DNA of 59,490 nucleotides, counting the filler, from Sphacelaria rigidula (Eukaryota), in assembly GCA_964200075.2 (NCBI GenBank). It is 8 parts of 8 records of this genome, joined end to end, with 100 filler letters (N's around TTAATTAATTAA, not from the genome) between each part and the next. Parts side by side here need not be neighbours in the genome. Positions count along the whole stretch, not along the records: positions 37,246 to 44,594 come from CAXNAA020015308.1; positions 44,695 to 52,042 come from CAXNAA020015309.1; 6 more parts are not named here. The stretch is one strand, 5' to 3'. The notes below the pieces were generated by a model. It did no database searches and was not told the origin of the DNA. It saw only the letters and a list, made by a program, of their open reading frames with translations. Made by a program: the position numbers and the translations under genes. This document shows positions 38,336 through 51,472 of this stretch, piece after piece (within the stretch, counting starts at the first letter, position 1; each line of letters starts with the position of its first letter).

Positions 38336-38601
38336 AGACACTTTCTATAATAGCCCCCCCCCTCCCCCCCCGCAAACCCAGCCCGAAAGTATCACGAAAA
38401 AATGATCATACAGCGCCTGGTGTTTGGGGTCAGGCGGCATGAAGCGCCTCGCACAGGTGACATTGGCGAGAACGAATCCAAGCGTGGGAATCCCTGGTTG
38501 CTCGTTGTTTTCGGTTTTTTCCATTTCGATTTACGTGAAGATTTTCCCTCCCCAAACGAGGCACTTCTGAGGGGGGGGGGGGAGTATCGTAACAAAGTCC
38601 C
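38336..38601. mobile_element. GACACTTTC-family MITE
   Basis: Homologous to 56767-57027 and to the reverse complement of 9133-9458. Confidence 0.8.
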
Positions 38602-38873
38602 ACAAATTAAAATGTATTTTATGTTTTGCATCTTGATTTTCATCCATAAACTGCCCAGATCAGATCCTCGAATGGTAACGTCAACGGCGGTTTTACTGAA
38701 ACAGTTACTCCGCATCCCTCGGGGTTTTAGTTTCCAGCTGCAAGCGTTTCAACCGTCTTCTCTTCCAGCTGGGGTCCCGCTTCAAAGCGATCCAGTTCGG
38801 CTTGCACCGCAATTTTACCCCGCATCATGTAAAATTCATCATTTTCCATCGCCACCGTTGCCCCACCCACTCT

Positions 38874-39432
38874 TGTTCCAATTTTCAAATCGGTTGTTGT
38901 CTCAGGCTATTCCAGATCCGGCATTGGATTTCTGTGACGGAAAAACGAGCAGAACTTTTCGAGAACTTTTCAAAAACCAGAACTCTTCAAGAACCGCTCA
39001 AAACATAACCCCATCATCTGGAGTACAGGGTGGTACACTCAGCACAAGACAACTCTGCAGGGGTTTATGAAGTGCAGAGTACTACACTGAACACCAGACA
39101 ACACGGCAGTTCTGCAGTGTTTTTTAGTTTTTGAACCTGAAGGCGGACTGTGTTCCAATTTCAGATGGGTTGTTGTCTCGGGCTATGCCAGATCCGGTAT
39201 TGGATTTCTGTGATAGAAAACGAGCAGAACTTTTCGAGAACTTTTAAAAAAACAAGCAGAACTTTTCAAGAACCGCTCGAAACTTAACCCCATTTACTGG
39301 AGTGCAGGGTGGTGCACTCAGCGGAAGACAACTCTGTAGTGGTATATGAAGTGCAGAGTACTACACTGAACACCAGACAACACGGCAGTTCTGCAGTGTT
39401 TTCTAGTTTTAGAACCTGAAGACGGATTGTAA
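38874..39432. repeat. Tandem duplication of ~280 bp
   Basis: 38874-39152 is repeated at 39153-39432 (e.g. gtgcagagtactacactgaacaccagacaacacggcagttctgcagtg occurs twice). Confidence 0.9.
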
Positions 39433-39548
39433 ACAACAGTACGAGTATGTATCGGTTTCTCTTGTTTCAAAATTAATCTTGCCGTGGCCGCGAGCGCTGG
39501 CGCCGATGCCAATGGCAGCAGCCGTCATGCTGACGGGTGCAAGCAGTA

Positions 39549-39996
39549 AACACGGGATCTTACAAATTGGGGATGGATCATTTATTGGGGATGAAAAACC
39601 GGAGGATTAAAACCTTCGTATCCGCACCAAATATTCGAATTGTGATTTCATTTCTTCACCTACTGATAGCTATTGACAACTGCTACACGCCATAGAAATT
39701 TGGATTTCGATCACCAAAATGTTGGGGTTCTAGGTGAACAAAAAAAAATTCGGAACCATTTTGGCGTCCACTCGGACACCCGGAATTCCACAAAACTGTT
39801 TTTTCACCCAGGACCCCACCATTTCGGTAATCGAAATCCAAATTTCTATGGCATATAGCAGTTGTCAATAGCTATCCGTAGGTGAAGAAATGGAACCATA
39901 ATTCGAAGACTTGCTGCGGATACGAAGATTTCAAGTCTCCTGGTTTCTCATCCCCAATAATAGATGATCCATCCCCAATTTGTAAGACCCCGTGTT
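39549..39996. mobile_element. Foldback MITE AACACGGG...CCCGTGTT with 4-bp TSD AGTA
   Basis: AGTA at 39545-39548 and 39997-40000; homologous to 8479-8924. Confidence 0.92.
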
Positions 39997-42900
39997 AGTA
40001 CCCTGGCGGTGCAGTATACCCGCACTGTTCAAGGGAAACGGTACGAACATGGAAGATGTGCTGACCGATTCTGTTTGTACACACTTACCCCTTTCACCGC
40101 TTTTTTTTGCCAATCGTGACGTGCTCACAGGCAATTTTCGAGTTGGGTTTTGGATGAAAGCAAGCATAGACAGTACAGTAATGCTACATTACAAGCACGG
40201 GCTGTACTCTGCAAGAACAAACGATACAGCAGCGCCAGGTTACAAGCACGGGCTGTACACGCGAGCACAGTAGGTCGCTGTGCTTTGCCAATACAGCACA
40301 GTGCTACACCGTCTTCACTGTAGGGTTCGAGGCCACATGCAGATGCACGTATATGGCAGTGGTGGGTGCAGATGCAGAGGGTATCACTACTGACTACGTG
40401 AGGGCTTCACTTTGTTTGCGAACATCCATAACGTGCCGCAAATTTAAATTCGTGGGATCTCGAATTGAAAAAGCAAATTTACAAAAACGTGGGTTCTCGA
40501 ATAAAAAAATACGACGCGGGACCGGTCATCATAAAAGGTGAAGGTGGATCCTTCTTTTGTCTTGCGTAGGTTATAAGCACGGCGGCTGTACTCGCGAGCA
40601 CAGTAGGTAGCTATGCTTCGCCAATACAGTACAGTAGTATAGCGTCGTCACTGTCGCGCCCTTGCGCAGGTGGAAGGACGTCACTCGGACTAGAACGATA
40701 GTATCTGGATTTGCGTGGTGCGATGCGCGAAAGAATTGTCATCGTCAATCTATGGCTATTACTTTATTTCCTTCTTATGCTTGTGTGCCGTTCTTGCTTC
40801 TCTTCATTCAGGGCGTCTGTTTCTTCTGTCCCTTTTCCATTCCATTTCAATGTAAGAAAGGATATAGGAAAATTGGAAGTGCGATGTGAAGCTGAGCAAT
40901 CTATACAGTATGACACCGTCACTGCTGTACTTTCTGTTTTTGCAGAGTACAGCCTGTACTCGGACAGGGGAGGTGGTACCGGGACAGGGGAGGTGGACAG
41001 CACGCTATCACTTGTGGATAGATACACTGCAGTAGCTGGGTATGTTTTTTTATTTTTTGTCGGTGAAAACTTGCACGTCTCTTCTCATGATGCGCATCAG
41101 CGACAGAACTGCGTGGTATGGTGGGCAACCGAGTTGTGTGCACGTTCATGGATAGTGCAGTCTGTACAAAGCTGCACGCTGCTGAAGTCCTCTTCACGTC
41201 GCATTGTAGGCACGGAGGACTGATAGTCCCGGGCTCTCTGCACTGCATGTTGCCCGCGTCTCCTTCATATCCTCCGGAACGAAACACGCACACACGTACT
41301 CGAGACACCCTGCTTGCAAGCGGTGCAGACAGTACAGACTGTGTGTATTGTACACGAGTGACCATGTGCCACGTCAGGAATTTCAGTCACAGGACCCATA
41401 CACGGGGATAATTTAATTCACAATTATTTGCGCGAAGGGCGATCATGTCCGAGCGTTCAAGATCGGCAGCCTGCAAACAGTGAGGGCCCGTTAAAAATCA
41501 GCCGAAGAACTGAAACATGGGACGTGTCCTGTCTCACTGTACTGCAGCACAAACACACTCACTTCCGCTCTCATGTGCTGTATGTAGCTATCACTGTTGT
41601 TGGGTGTGTTTAGACCTTGCGAAGACGGTTTGGTCTCCGCTGAGATTGAGCATACACACAACGGTCTTCGTTCGACAGCAAATCGAGCCGTAGCAACTCA
41701 TCAGCTGTGCACGTTGTGCGTGACCTTGCTCACACCTGTTCGAAATTCATTCAGAAATTATGATTTGTGGGCACCGGGTCCACAGATAGGGGCAAGATTT
41801 ATGAGTTGCAAAGTTTCTCGACCAATCAGAGTCTTTAAATACACCAAAATGCGGCGACCTTTCTTCACTCAGATGAGAGATATGAGTAGCAGGTGAGTCA
41901 AAAAGCAGCTCTGATTGGTCTACACATTGCGCCGATGCGATACAGACAGCTGCTACAGACAATAAAAGAGGATACAACAGCTCCGTGCTGGCTCACTTTG
42001 TTTGTCTCAACCTGCACGCACTCGCCTGGCGTGTCTTCCCCGATCACAGCACCCGACTTAAATTGAAGTTCTAGAGAAGACTCAACAGACAGCTGTACAG
42101 CCGTCATGTGACGATTGTTTCGAGCTTTCTTTGTTTCGACAGCACCTTGATCCCACCCCAATAGTGCTACAGGGCATGTCCCATTCGATAATTTCCCTGA
42201 TTTCAGGTAGGTACTCGATTTTTGCCCAGTGGCGATTTTCAAACGCTCAGCCATAATCGCGCTTCGCGTGAAAATATTTTACTTCACTTTGAGCTACCCC
42301 TATCTGTGGGAGGTGAGCCGGTTTGTGTGAGACGCGTGCGCAGCACACGCCTACAAAACGGTCAGCAACGACACGTTTTCGGTTTTTCTTGAAACACCTG
42401 TAACCGCCATTCGTCCAATACAGACCGGGTTTCTGTCAAAGACTGCCGTGTATAGATCAGCAAGGTCTCGCAGTGAAACTAATGCGCGTGAGTAATAGGT
42501 GTCTGTGCTTGCTTTTTCGAGGCTGGGTGTGTAGGTGTTGCGTTGCCTTGTTGTGTCTTGTCTGCAGCATTACATAGACCGTGGACCTGCTCGGACTATC
42601 GACCACTTCCACACCAGCCGCATTTCTCAACCTGCGTGCAGATCTGGGTTCTAATCTGTACAAAACTGCTTGTCGATAGGACTGGGGACTGATCGTTATG
42701 AGTCCAATCCCCTGTTCAAGTGGATTGTGAAAAGGGAGAATCGCCTTCGTTAAAAGGGCCTTAACAGCTCTAGCACTCTCTCTCTCCTTCACGCCGGCGG
42801 CTTTAATGCCGCCAAAGAAGGAGAGTCCCACCGTTCTTCATTGAAGGCGTCTGTCTCTTCCGTCTCTTTCCTATTACATTCCGATGTTAGAAAGGATAGG

Positions 42901-44904
42901 AAAATGGAAGCGCGATGCGAAGCAGAGCGATTCATGTACAAATAGTAGGCGACCACCTTCTTCAGTGTGACACCTCGCAGAAGGCGCTCTTGCCATGTCT
43001 ACTCGCAGCGCGCTTGTTCCCCAATCGCTTACCCCTGTGGTGTGTGGAAACAGCGACAGCACAGTAGCATGTTTCTCTACGTAGGCCGGAACATATTTCG
43101 CAGCGCATACGCCTTGGTTCCGATCCAACAAGCCCTTCTCAGGTTGTCCAGGAAGGAGTGCAGGTACACAATGTAATGCGTGGGAGGACCGCGGGCTTTT
43201 AGGACTGCATCGGAATTTGAACACACCAGGATCGACGTCTTCCAAGACCGCTCTGGCGTGTCCCTGCAGGGACCGCTCCCGTGACCCTAGACTCTAAACA
43301 CCCTCACACTAACCCTTACCGTGACCATAGGGGTACTTAAACTCGGGTGCGGTCGAAAAAGCACGCGGTCACTGCCACAGGCATCAAAATACCACGCCAA
43401 CAAAAGTTGACATGCATGATGCGACAATTTCCAACACGATCACGCCTTGGTGGCGTCTTTGTGTGTATATATTATATGTGTGAAACCCACGACTTGGCGA
43501 TGTCCGTCGAGCTTGTTTCGCTTGACCGGTCGCGAAGACAGGGCATCATCAAACAATATTATCATGTTGTGCGGGTGTTTACCAGAATAGCGGGCCCCTC
43601 GTCTGGTGAATGCCGGGTTTGTCATACGAAAGCGCGGGTGCACTCTCATCTTCGCGAGATGACCCATTACCACGGCAACCTGTGACCATGCTCAAGAGGC
43701 CGCTAATCTGTGGCTGCATGTGGCTGCACGAGCCTGCTGGACATGTTCTCCTGCTTATGGAAATCAAGCGCCTGCAAGTTGCACCATCTAAAATTTGCAC
43801 GTTCAAAAAGTGGCTTCAAGGGTCCTTCACCGAACAGACTGTTTACCAAACAAACTGTTGTGCAGAGACTGGCGTACCGACAGGGCTGCGATATGGCTGT
43901 TCTCGTATGTTCGATGATGTTGGTGTCTAGACCCGTATTACCGCTGTTTCTCTCGAAGGTCGTCCGCAAAAATCGAGGGAAAGGCAAACCGGTAGTTTGG
44001 TTTTAAGAGTCGATCTTCAGGTACTAACAGCCGATCCTAATTTTTGGGGTTGAACTATAAAATGCGGTTTAACCCGCAAATCGCTTCCGTTGGGAAAATA
44101 CAAAACAGTAACACAAAAGGAAGGTATTTTCCCCCAACACTCCGCAGGAGGAGTTGGGCAGTCCGGGCTAGGTGCACCCAACGAATGCGGTGTACACGCG
44201 TATCGATGGCGATATCACCAGAGAGAGAAGCAACGACAGAGGAAGCTCCTCGCCCGTGTCCTTTGTGTGTCCTCGCTCGGCGGTTACCAATCGCTCGAGA
44301 GACTGGCATCATTGATCTTACCAGCATGTGCCAATTTTTCCATGTCCCGAAACACCCAGCTGCGGAGAGTTTCCGTCGTCTCTTCGTCTTGCCTGAGCAC
44401 CTCATCATCGATGCGAAGATCAGTTTCTCTCTGGCTCTCTCTTTGGACAGCACGCGCCTCTGTGCGCTGAAGAACATGTCCTTGAAAAACAGGGCAACAA
44501 TTCCGTCACCGCTACTACTGTTCTCTGTCACACACATGCCCGCAAGGACGGTGCTCCGGCAAAACCAGATAGATCCAATATGAACTTATGGGGTNNNNNN
44601 NNNNNNNNNNNNNNNNNNNNNNNNNNNNNNNNNNNNNNTTAATTAATTAANNNNNNNNNNNNNNNNNNNNNNNNNNNNNNNNNNNNNNNNNNNNGTGCGC
44701 ATTAGGTAGTGTACATCTGATGTAGCAAGCAGTATGGGTCGCGGTAGAGAGCTCCCATCAGCATGCGGTGACCGGCGGGCCGCTCGCCACGTGTGGCTTT
44801 GGATGGTATTATTGTCCCCATCACCTTGCCACACAGCCCTTTGTGGTCGAGGTGGGCCGCCATTTCCCTCTTTGTTGAATGCAGAAAATTCTCTTCGAAG
44901 GGTA

Positions 44905-45374
44905 CAGTAGCGGCTACGGTTTGAGAGAGGGCCGGGACAAGCCAATTTCTCTCTCTTAAATCCGGCTTTCTCTTTTACCGTAGCACGGTATAAGAGAAAA
45001 TGATCTTAAACCATAGCTGTGGCAGATGCGGTGTATCTCGGAGTCGCTGAGAGAGTCCGCCACACCACAGGTGTCATGGAGGTACTGCCCGCAGACTCCT
45101 CTGCATTGGTCATTTGTGAACTGCGGCGGGCCTGGCGTGTGATCGGGGACAGCGCAGCGACTGCCCGCTTCGCAGGGCATGGTGTCTGCAGCTGTGTGTG
45201 TGTGAATTGATGTGTGTGATGCCCGCGTGGTTTCCAGAAGTTTCGATTTAAGAGAAAATCTCGGAAATAAGGGGGATTCTTTCTTAAATCGATTTCGGTC
45301 GGGACAGGCCAGTTTCACTCTCTTAAATCCGTACTTTCTCTTAAATAAGTTCTCTTGAACCGTAGCCGCTACTG
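44905..45374 (-). mobile_element. pogo/Tc1-like non-autonomous element carrying a Cys/His-rich ORF remnant
   Basis: Perfect 17-bp TIR CAGTAGCGGCTACGGTT; flanks TA/CA; internal MPCEAGSRC...QCRGVCGQYLHDTCG...HRICH. Confidence 0.65.
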
Positions 45375-46089
45375 CATCAGCGTTGCGGCGCGCATGCCTA
45401 CAGTATAGTACAGTAAAGTGTAGTACGCCTCTCCGACTGCAGCAGCAACTGCCGCTGCATACTCCCTTGCACGTTCTGGGCAATTCTCGGCTACCGAAAT
45501 CAACTGCCTATACAGTATACCACTTCTTCATCCCCACCCACTACACACAGGTTAACTGCACACTGCAAGTCATCGGCGGAGGGATAAGTAGAATTCATGA
45601 CGGTAGCTCCTTTTGTCTTTCCACGGCCCACCTGAGTTTCGTGCCTCGTGAAAATGACCACATTGTAGCGTGTACACTCCTTCCCGTTTTTTTCCGCTCC
45701 ACCCTGTGTTAGTGTAGTTACTACGTTTTAGTATCGACCCAATCCCCCCTCGGAAAATCTCGGGAACGCTAGACTGAATGCAAGTAATACCACGAAACCA
45801 AGCTGCGACCACCCTCCATTTGGAAACCTTGCGAAGGCTTATCTGGGCCATGGATATGGTCCCCACACGATCTTTACAGTGGCATCACACTCGACCACCC
45901 TCACCGCGCTGGTCGTTCGGGTCTGGTCGATAAATTTCGCCTCAACGTGATTGGGCAGTTCGCTCGAAGACTTATTTTATATTTTTTCACTAACACAGGG
46001 TCAACCATGTGTTAGTGGGAGGTCGGTCCCAGAGGGGTCAATCGCTCCTCCCTCTGTTGTGATTGTTTCAGCACCATCAGAAAATATTA

Positions 46090-47340
46090 CGCCCTGGACA
46101 ATACAACACGTTTTCGATAGATATGTTTAAATAGTCGATCATATTGGAATTTTTCGATATATTGCCAGCGTAATATATGTATTGGTACCCTTGGACTGCA
46201 CACGTATTGCGCGCCCAATATATATATATTGATGTCGTGGGACTGCATACATATTGCCCGCCCGATATATATTGGTACCGTGGGGTTGAACAAGTACGGT
46301 CCCATCAATATATATATATTGGAGCAGTGTGGATGACGGCATATTGCACGACCAATATATATTAGGGTCGCACTGGTGAGAACATATTGACCGGTCAATA
46401 TATATATTGGGTCCGCGTGGATGCCAATGTATTGGCCGGTCAATGTATTTTGGATATTATAACTATGGTGTACGCTTCGACAAAGATCCAGACGCGATGG
46501 ATGTCGGAGCCCGTGCAGATTGGGAAAGGTTCAAAGGGAGCCGCAGAAGTTCGCGTGCATTGCTACGGAGAGTTGTCGAATGCGTTTGATATATATATTG
46601 GTCACCAAAAATAGTGACAGAAGAGGCGACCCGGTATATATGCCTTCTGATACCTATCTGTCCACCGGTGCGGGGTCGTCCATGCCCTTCACAGCATGTA
46701 ATACTCCGTATATCTTGGCTAAACATCACGACGACAGAAAACGCGGGTCGATATGCGCCTTTTGGTACCCCTGTGGTCACTGGTGCTGTGTTGCTTATCG
46801 CCTGGACAATACAATATGATCCAGTATGTTACCAATACTTTGTATTTGAGACAGGGCAAGCATTGTCCTTTCAATACATGTATATTGTGCTGAGATACTC
46901 TCGGAGACATTGAAGAACAGCATATATTCCTCATGTCATGACCGTGGGGTAATGCATGACAATATATGTTGGACATGCATCTGCTCCGGGAACACAATAT
47001 TCGACATACATTGTGCGTGCCGGCCGTGTATGTATTGAAGTGTCAATCTATACATTGAGTCACACCGATGCGGAACATATTGTTACCACAATATATATTG
47101 AACGCAAACTATGCAAAAGTGTTGTTTTTTCAATATTACATAAAAATGCGCACTATACGAATTCCAATACACTTTCCAATCAACATGTCGGAAATCAATA
47201 CATATATATTGCTACACCAATATGTATTGTGACTTGAAAATCAGTATGTATCGCTACACCAAAATGTATTGTGACCGTCTGTTCCCTCGTGTATTGTCCG
47301 CCCAACATATTGCGGCGGCAATAGATATTGGCGCTTCGGG
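46090..47340. repeat. AT-rich repeat built of tatatatattg/caatatatat units, with CCCTGGACAA motifs at ~46092 and ~46800
   Basis: ~50-bp periodicity in 46140-46460; opposite orientation on the right side. Confidence 0.65.
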
Positions 47341-47349
47341 TGTTGAGTA

Positions 47350-48090
47350 TATTGAATAATCAATATAGTATTCTTATTCATCATGTTCGTCCGCATTCCG
47401 CGTATCTGGGCGCAGGTGCAACAATCACGGGGCCTGAGAGCGCACCATTCCTCCGAAGTCCGACGCACCAGCGGCCAGTATTTGATTCTTCCGTTTCTCT
47501 GTGATCAACAGCGTCTCCTGCTTTTTCTTTGAAATTTGCGCTTTCGTCGGTTTATTCATTCAGAATTTCACAATTTTTCGCGACTTCGCCACCGCTGACT
47601 ACTCTACCCCTCTGTAGGAATTTCACATTTTTTTATCACTTCGACCATTGACAGCTCTACCTCTCTCGGATTATCATACTCTTTTCTCTTGCCGCTTCGG
47701 CACCACCTCACGAGTGACTTCGCCAGCCGTTTGCGCGAAGTTTACTCTGTAACCAGTGACGTTTCCAGCCGTTTGACCTCCTTTCGCGCCCAGTGACGCT
47801 CCCGGCCCTTTGACCCTCGTTTCGCAGTAAATAATTCTTTCGTTTCTCTGTGACCACTACAGGTTTTTCTTCCGTTTCCTTTCTACGGACTTCGAAGTAT
47901 TTTTTTTCGTTTTGTCATCAGCCCATCTCGAGTCTCCTTCCCGGCCGTCCGCACCTCTCTCGCTCTTGGCGACACCTACCTCTCTACTTCTCCACCACTA
48001 CCCAACTTGCCTCCTTTCTGCAGCAGTTTGTTTTGTTGGAGCTCACCGCGTGCCGCGCCTGGCGAGAAGGTGCCCCGTACACACTAGGGT
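47350..48090 (-). repeat. Second copy of the 9560-10192 dispersed repeat
   Basis: Reverse-complement similarity, strongest over 47355-47505; right boundary approximate. Confidence 0.7.
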
Positions 48091-48249
48091 AGTGTATATA
48101 GATACATTTCGCTATGGCTGCGACCTTTTCCTCGCTGAGCGTTGCGGTGTCAGTCGCACTATCATTACGTACTTGAATATCACCGCTAGTACAAATGCCT
48201 TGACTGAGATCGCTCCGGCCGAGCGCTCAAACGCAGGCCTTGATATCTT

Positions 48250-48955
48250 GAAAACGATGTCGATTTCACAAATTAGTTTTTGCTACCGTCAGCAAATGGA
48301 CACCTGCGGCGGTCCAAGGCTTTACTTTGTTATCAGCCCCTTTCTTCACAATATCCGCGTCTTCTATTGACTGATCCAACTGCACTTCAACACTAACCCA
48401 GTCGTATCCCGAGAAAGGCAGACCTCGAACACTCGGGCAGCGATGATGCTTTATCGCTCCGTAGGCAGATAGTGCTTCGTCCGACGGCGTAGATAGAAAC
48501 CCTTCGACCCAGTTGAAGTGTTCATTCAGTGGTAGAATCAGCATCATTTTCAAGCCCTTTTCGAGTAATAATGATGCCGATTCCACAAGTGAACACCTCC
48601 GACGCTTTGATGAAAACGATGCCGATTTCACTAATTAATTAATTGATGCCGTCAACAAATGGACACCTCTGGCGGTCCAAGGCTTTATTCTCAATATCTG
48701 CATTCCTTACAGACTTAGGCAATGTACTTGAACACTAACCCCAGCCGTACCCCGAGAAAGGCAGACCTCGAACACTCGGGCAGCGAGGGTGTTTGTTCTA
48801 TCGCTCCGTAGCCAGAGAGTGCTTTGTTCTACGGCGTAGATAAAAACCTTCGACCCAGTGGAGGTGTTCATTCATTTGTGGAATCGGCATCATTTTCAGC
48901 CCTTTTCGAGTAAACATGATGCCGATTCCGCACATGAACACCTGCGGCGCTAGAG
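48250..48955. repeat. Tandem duplication of ~350 bp, each unit containing a palindromic piggyBac-like MITE
   Basis: cccgagaaaggcagacctcgaacactcgggcagcga occurs at ~48408 and ~48751. Confidence 0.88.
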
Positions 48956-48959
48956 GGAT

Positions 48960-50530
48960 TTACCGGAAGACCGCGATTTGTTGAGTCGGCATCATTTTTA
49001 CTCGAAAAAACAATGCATAATCCAGATGGGCTACCATCACGGTGTGAGGAGCAACCTTAGACCGCGAACGTAGTCCATTTGGAATATACATATTTCTTTG
49101 AGGTGAAATTGATACCGATTCAACAGATGACCTGCTCTCGCTGTCCAAGGGTTAACCCTCAGCGACCCCGCAGGTGGACTGAGATGGACTATGCCACTTC
49201 TGGGGTTCAGAACAGCTCTTAATCTCGCTACACAAAAACGCATTTTCTCATAACTATGTGGATGCTGGGCATCTATATAGAAAATGGTTCCGGGGAACTC
49301 CTGACCCGTTTGACCGAACAGTCAATAGCGTACAGAGTCAGTATGCGTGCGGTATGTCTCCGCTGGATACAACGGCAAGAAAGAGTCAGCGTCCCATTGC
49401 CTTTCACTGGGTCGTGGGTTCAAATCTCGAAGCGATCTCGATTTTTTCACACAATGTCCAACAGTGGATAGAGACGATGTCGTGGGTACACAAAACACGA
49501 CTTAACGGTCGACGAGGGAAAGGGACTGCTGAACCCCTCTCGCCATGAAAAATAAAAGGCAAGCACCGCAGAAGGAAGGTGGAGAACTATGACAAATGAA
49601 GAAGAAAAACCTCCTGTGTTGTCCTTTTTCCTGTGTGACACACACACGCACAGTGTCGATGCTGGTGTAGTCCTTGACCATTACATGGCGAGTATAGGTC
49701 AACTGTTGAATCGGCATCAATGTCACTTGAAAAAAGCATCATGCATTATTCAAATGGACCACCCTTCGACCGCGAGAATAGGTCACCTGCTGTATCGGTA
49801 TCAATATTCACGTGAAAAAAGAATGCATGATGCAGATGGACTACCCGCACCGCGATCCTTTGACCGCGAGGGTAGGTCATATGCTGAATCGGCACCAATT
49901 TCAATTGAAAACGTATGCGTGATCCAGGTGGACTACCCGCACCGCGGTCTAAGGGTCAAACCCTGCAACCGCGGTGCGCATAGTCCATCCGGACCATACA
50001 TACTTTTTTCAAGTGATGCCGATTCAGCAGGTGACCTACCCTCGCGGGTCTAAGGGTTGACCCTTAGAGGGCAAGAGTAGATCACAATTGAATCGGCATC
50101 AATTCCACTTGAAAAAGTATGCGTCATCCAGATAGACTATCCTCCTCGCGGTCTAAGGGTTAAATTTTTTGGGACCGTCTACCTCGCGATCGCGTGTTGA
50201 CGGCAGGTAGCGATGGTTTCGTGAGATGGAGAGTAGGGCGTTGATTGCGGTCCAAGGCAAGAGTAGGTCACCTGTTGAATCGGTATCAATTCCACTTAAA
50301 AACGTATGCGTGATCCAGATGGACTACCCTCCTCTTAACCCTTTTGGGACCGTCTACCTCGCAATCGCGTGTTAACGGCAGGTAGCGATGGTTTCGTGAA
50401 ATTGAGAGTAGGGCGTTGATTGCGGTCCAAGGCAAGAGTATAGGTCACCTGTTGAATCGGCATCAACTCCACTTGAAAAAGTAAACGTGATCCAGATGAA
50501 CTACCCTCCTCGCGGTCTAAGGGGTAACCC
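48960..50530. mobile_element. Cluster of ~9 piggyBac-like ~100-bp MITEs, with a SINE copy at ~49405-49650
   Basis: Consensus TIR CCCTTAGACCGCGAGGGTAG...CTACCCTCGCGGTCTAAGGG; several junctions are a single TTAA/TTGA/TCAA. Confidence 0.85.
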
Positions 50531-50579
50531 TTTTGGGACCTTCTATCTCACAATCGTGTGTTAGCGGCAGGTAGCAATG

Positions 50580-51472
50580 GTTTCGTGAGATGGAGAGTAG
50601 GGCGTTGATTGAGAGTGGGTTCTATCATTCGCTTCAAGTTTGCCAATCCTTCATTCCGCGTTTACTTTTCTTTGCCTACATCACTGGCGTGTGCTTACAG
50701 CTACACGTCGATATCCTACTGAGGGATGTCAAGGGTTTCAGACCATCGCTGCTTCCTTTCTTTTTTTCCTTTCTGAGGTCGTTGCTTTTGTCTTTTTCTG
50801 TTTCTTCCCTTCTTTTTTCTTTCATCATTCTGTTCTTTTTTTGCTGCTCCTGACCACGGGCTGGATTATTGCAATCAGCTAATCTACTGCGAGATAATCA
50901 ATCAACCAACATTTTTTATGGCAGTCACCAATCTCAATTTTATTCACATCGGGGGGAAAAAAATCGGGGAACGCATTTCATGGACAAAATCGGGGGCCCG
51001 AAAATATCGGGGTGTTGCGATCTCAGAATGATTTCTCCCGTTTTGTTTTCAAAAGATCGGGAGATCAGTCCGAGCTCGAGACTCCCCCCGATTTTGAGGA
51101 GATGGCGTACGTGCATTGACGTACAATGGTAGGGTAGGAGACGTGTGATACTTTCGCAATCGCAGCAGAAGACAGTCTCAACAATGATTTCGTGAGATTG
51201 AGAATAAAGGATACGAGCGAGAGTGAAAAGCGGCCAATTGGTGAATGAATGGTTTCAGTTCCGAAATTCCCCTCCACGAGGTCCAATCTGTTTACTGCGG
51301 TAGCTTGCCACTGAGACCTTTGATATCCCTGAGTAGGATATCGACGTGTATCTGTAAGCACACGCCAATGGTAGAGGCAAAGAGAGATACACACGGAATA
51401 AAATAATGTGTACGTTCCAGCGAATAATCAAAGTCACTCTCAATCAGCGCTCTACTCTCAATCTCACGAAAA
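50580..51472. repeat. ~160-bp inverted repeat pair (50580-50740 / 51310-51472)
   Basis: gtgtgcttacagctacacgtcgatatcctactgagggat versus atccctgagtaggatatcgacgtgtatctgtaagcacac. Confidence 0.8.

Noticed and set aside
41600..43990. Decayed TE or viral ORFs
   Set aside because: Fragmentary frames with no diagnostic motif
49665..50530. CRISPR-like repeat array
   Set aside because: Units are whole TIR elements in mixed orientation with no unique spacers, and no cas genes are present
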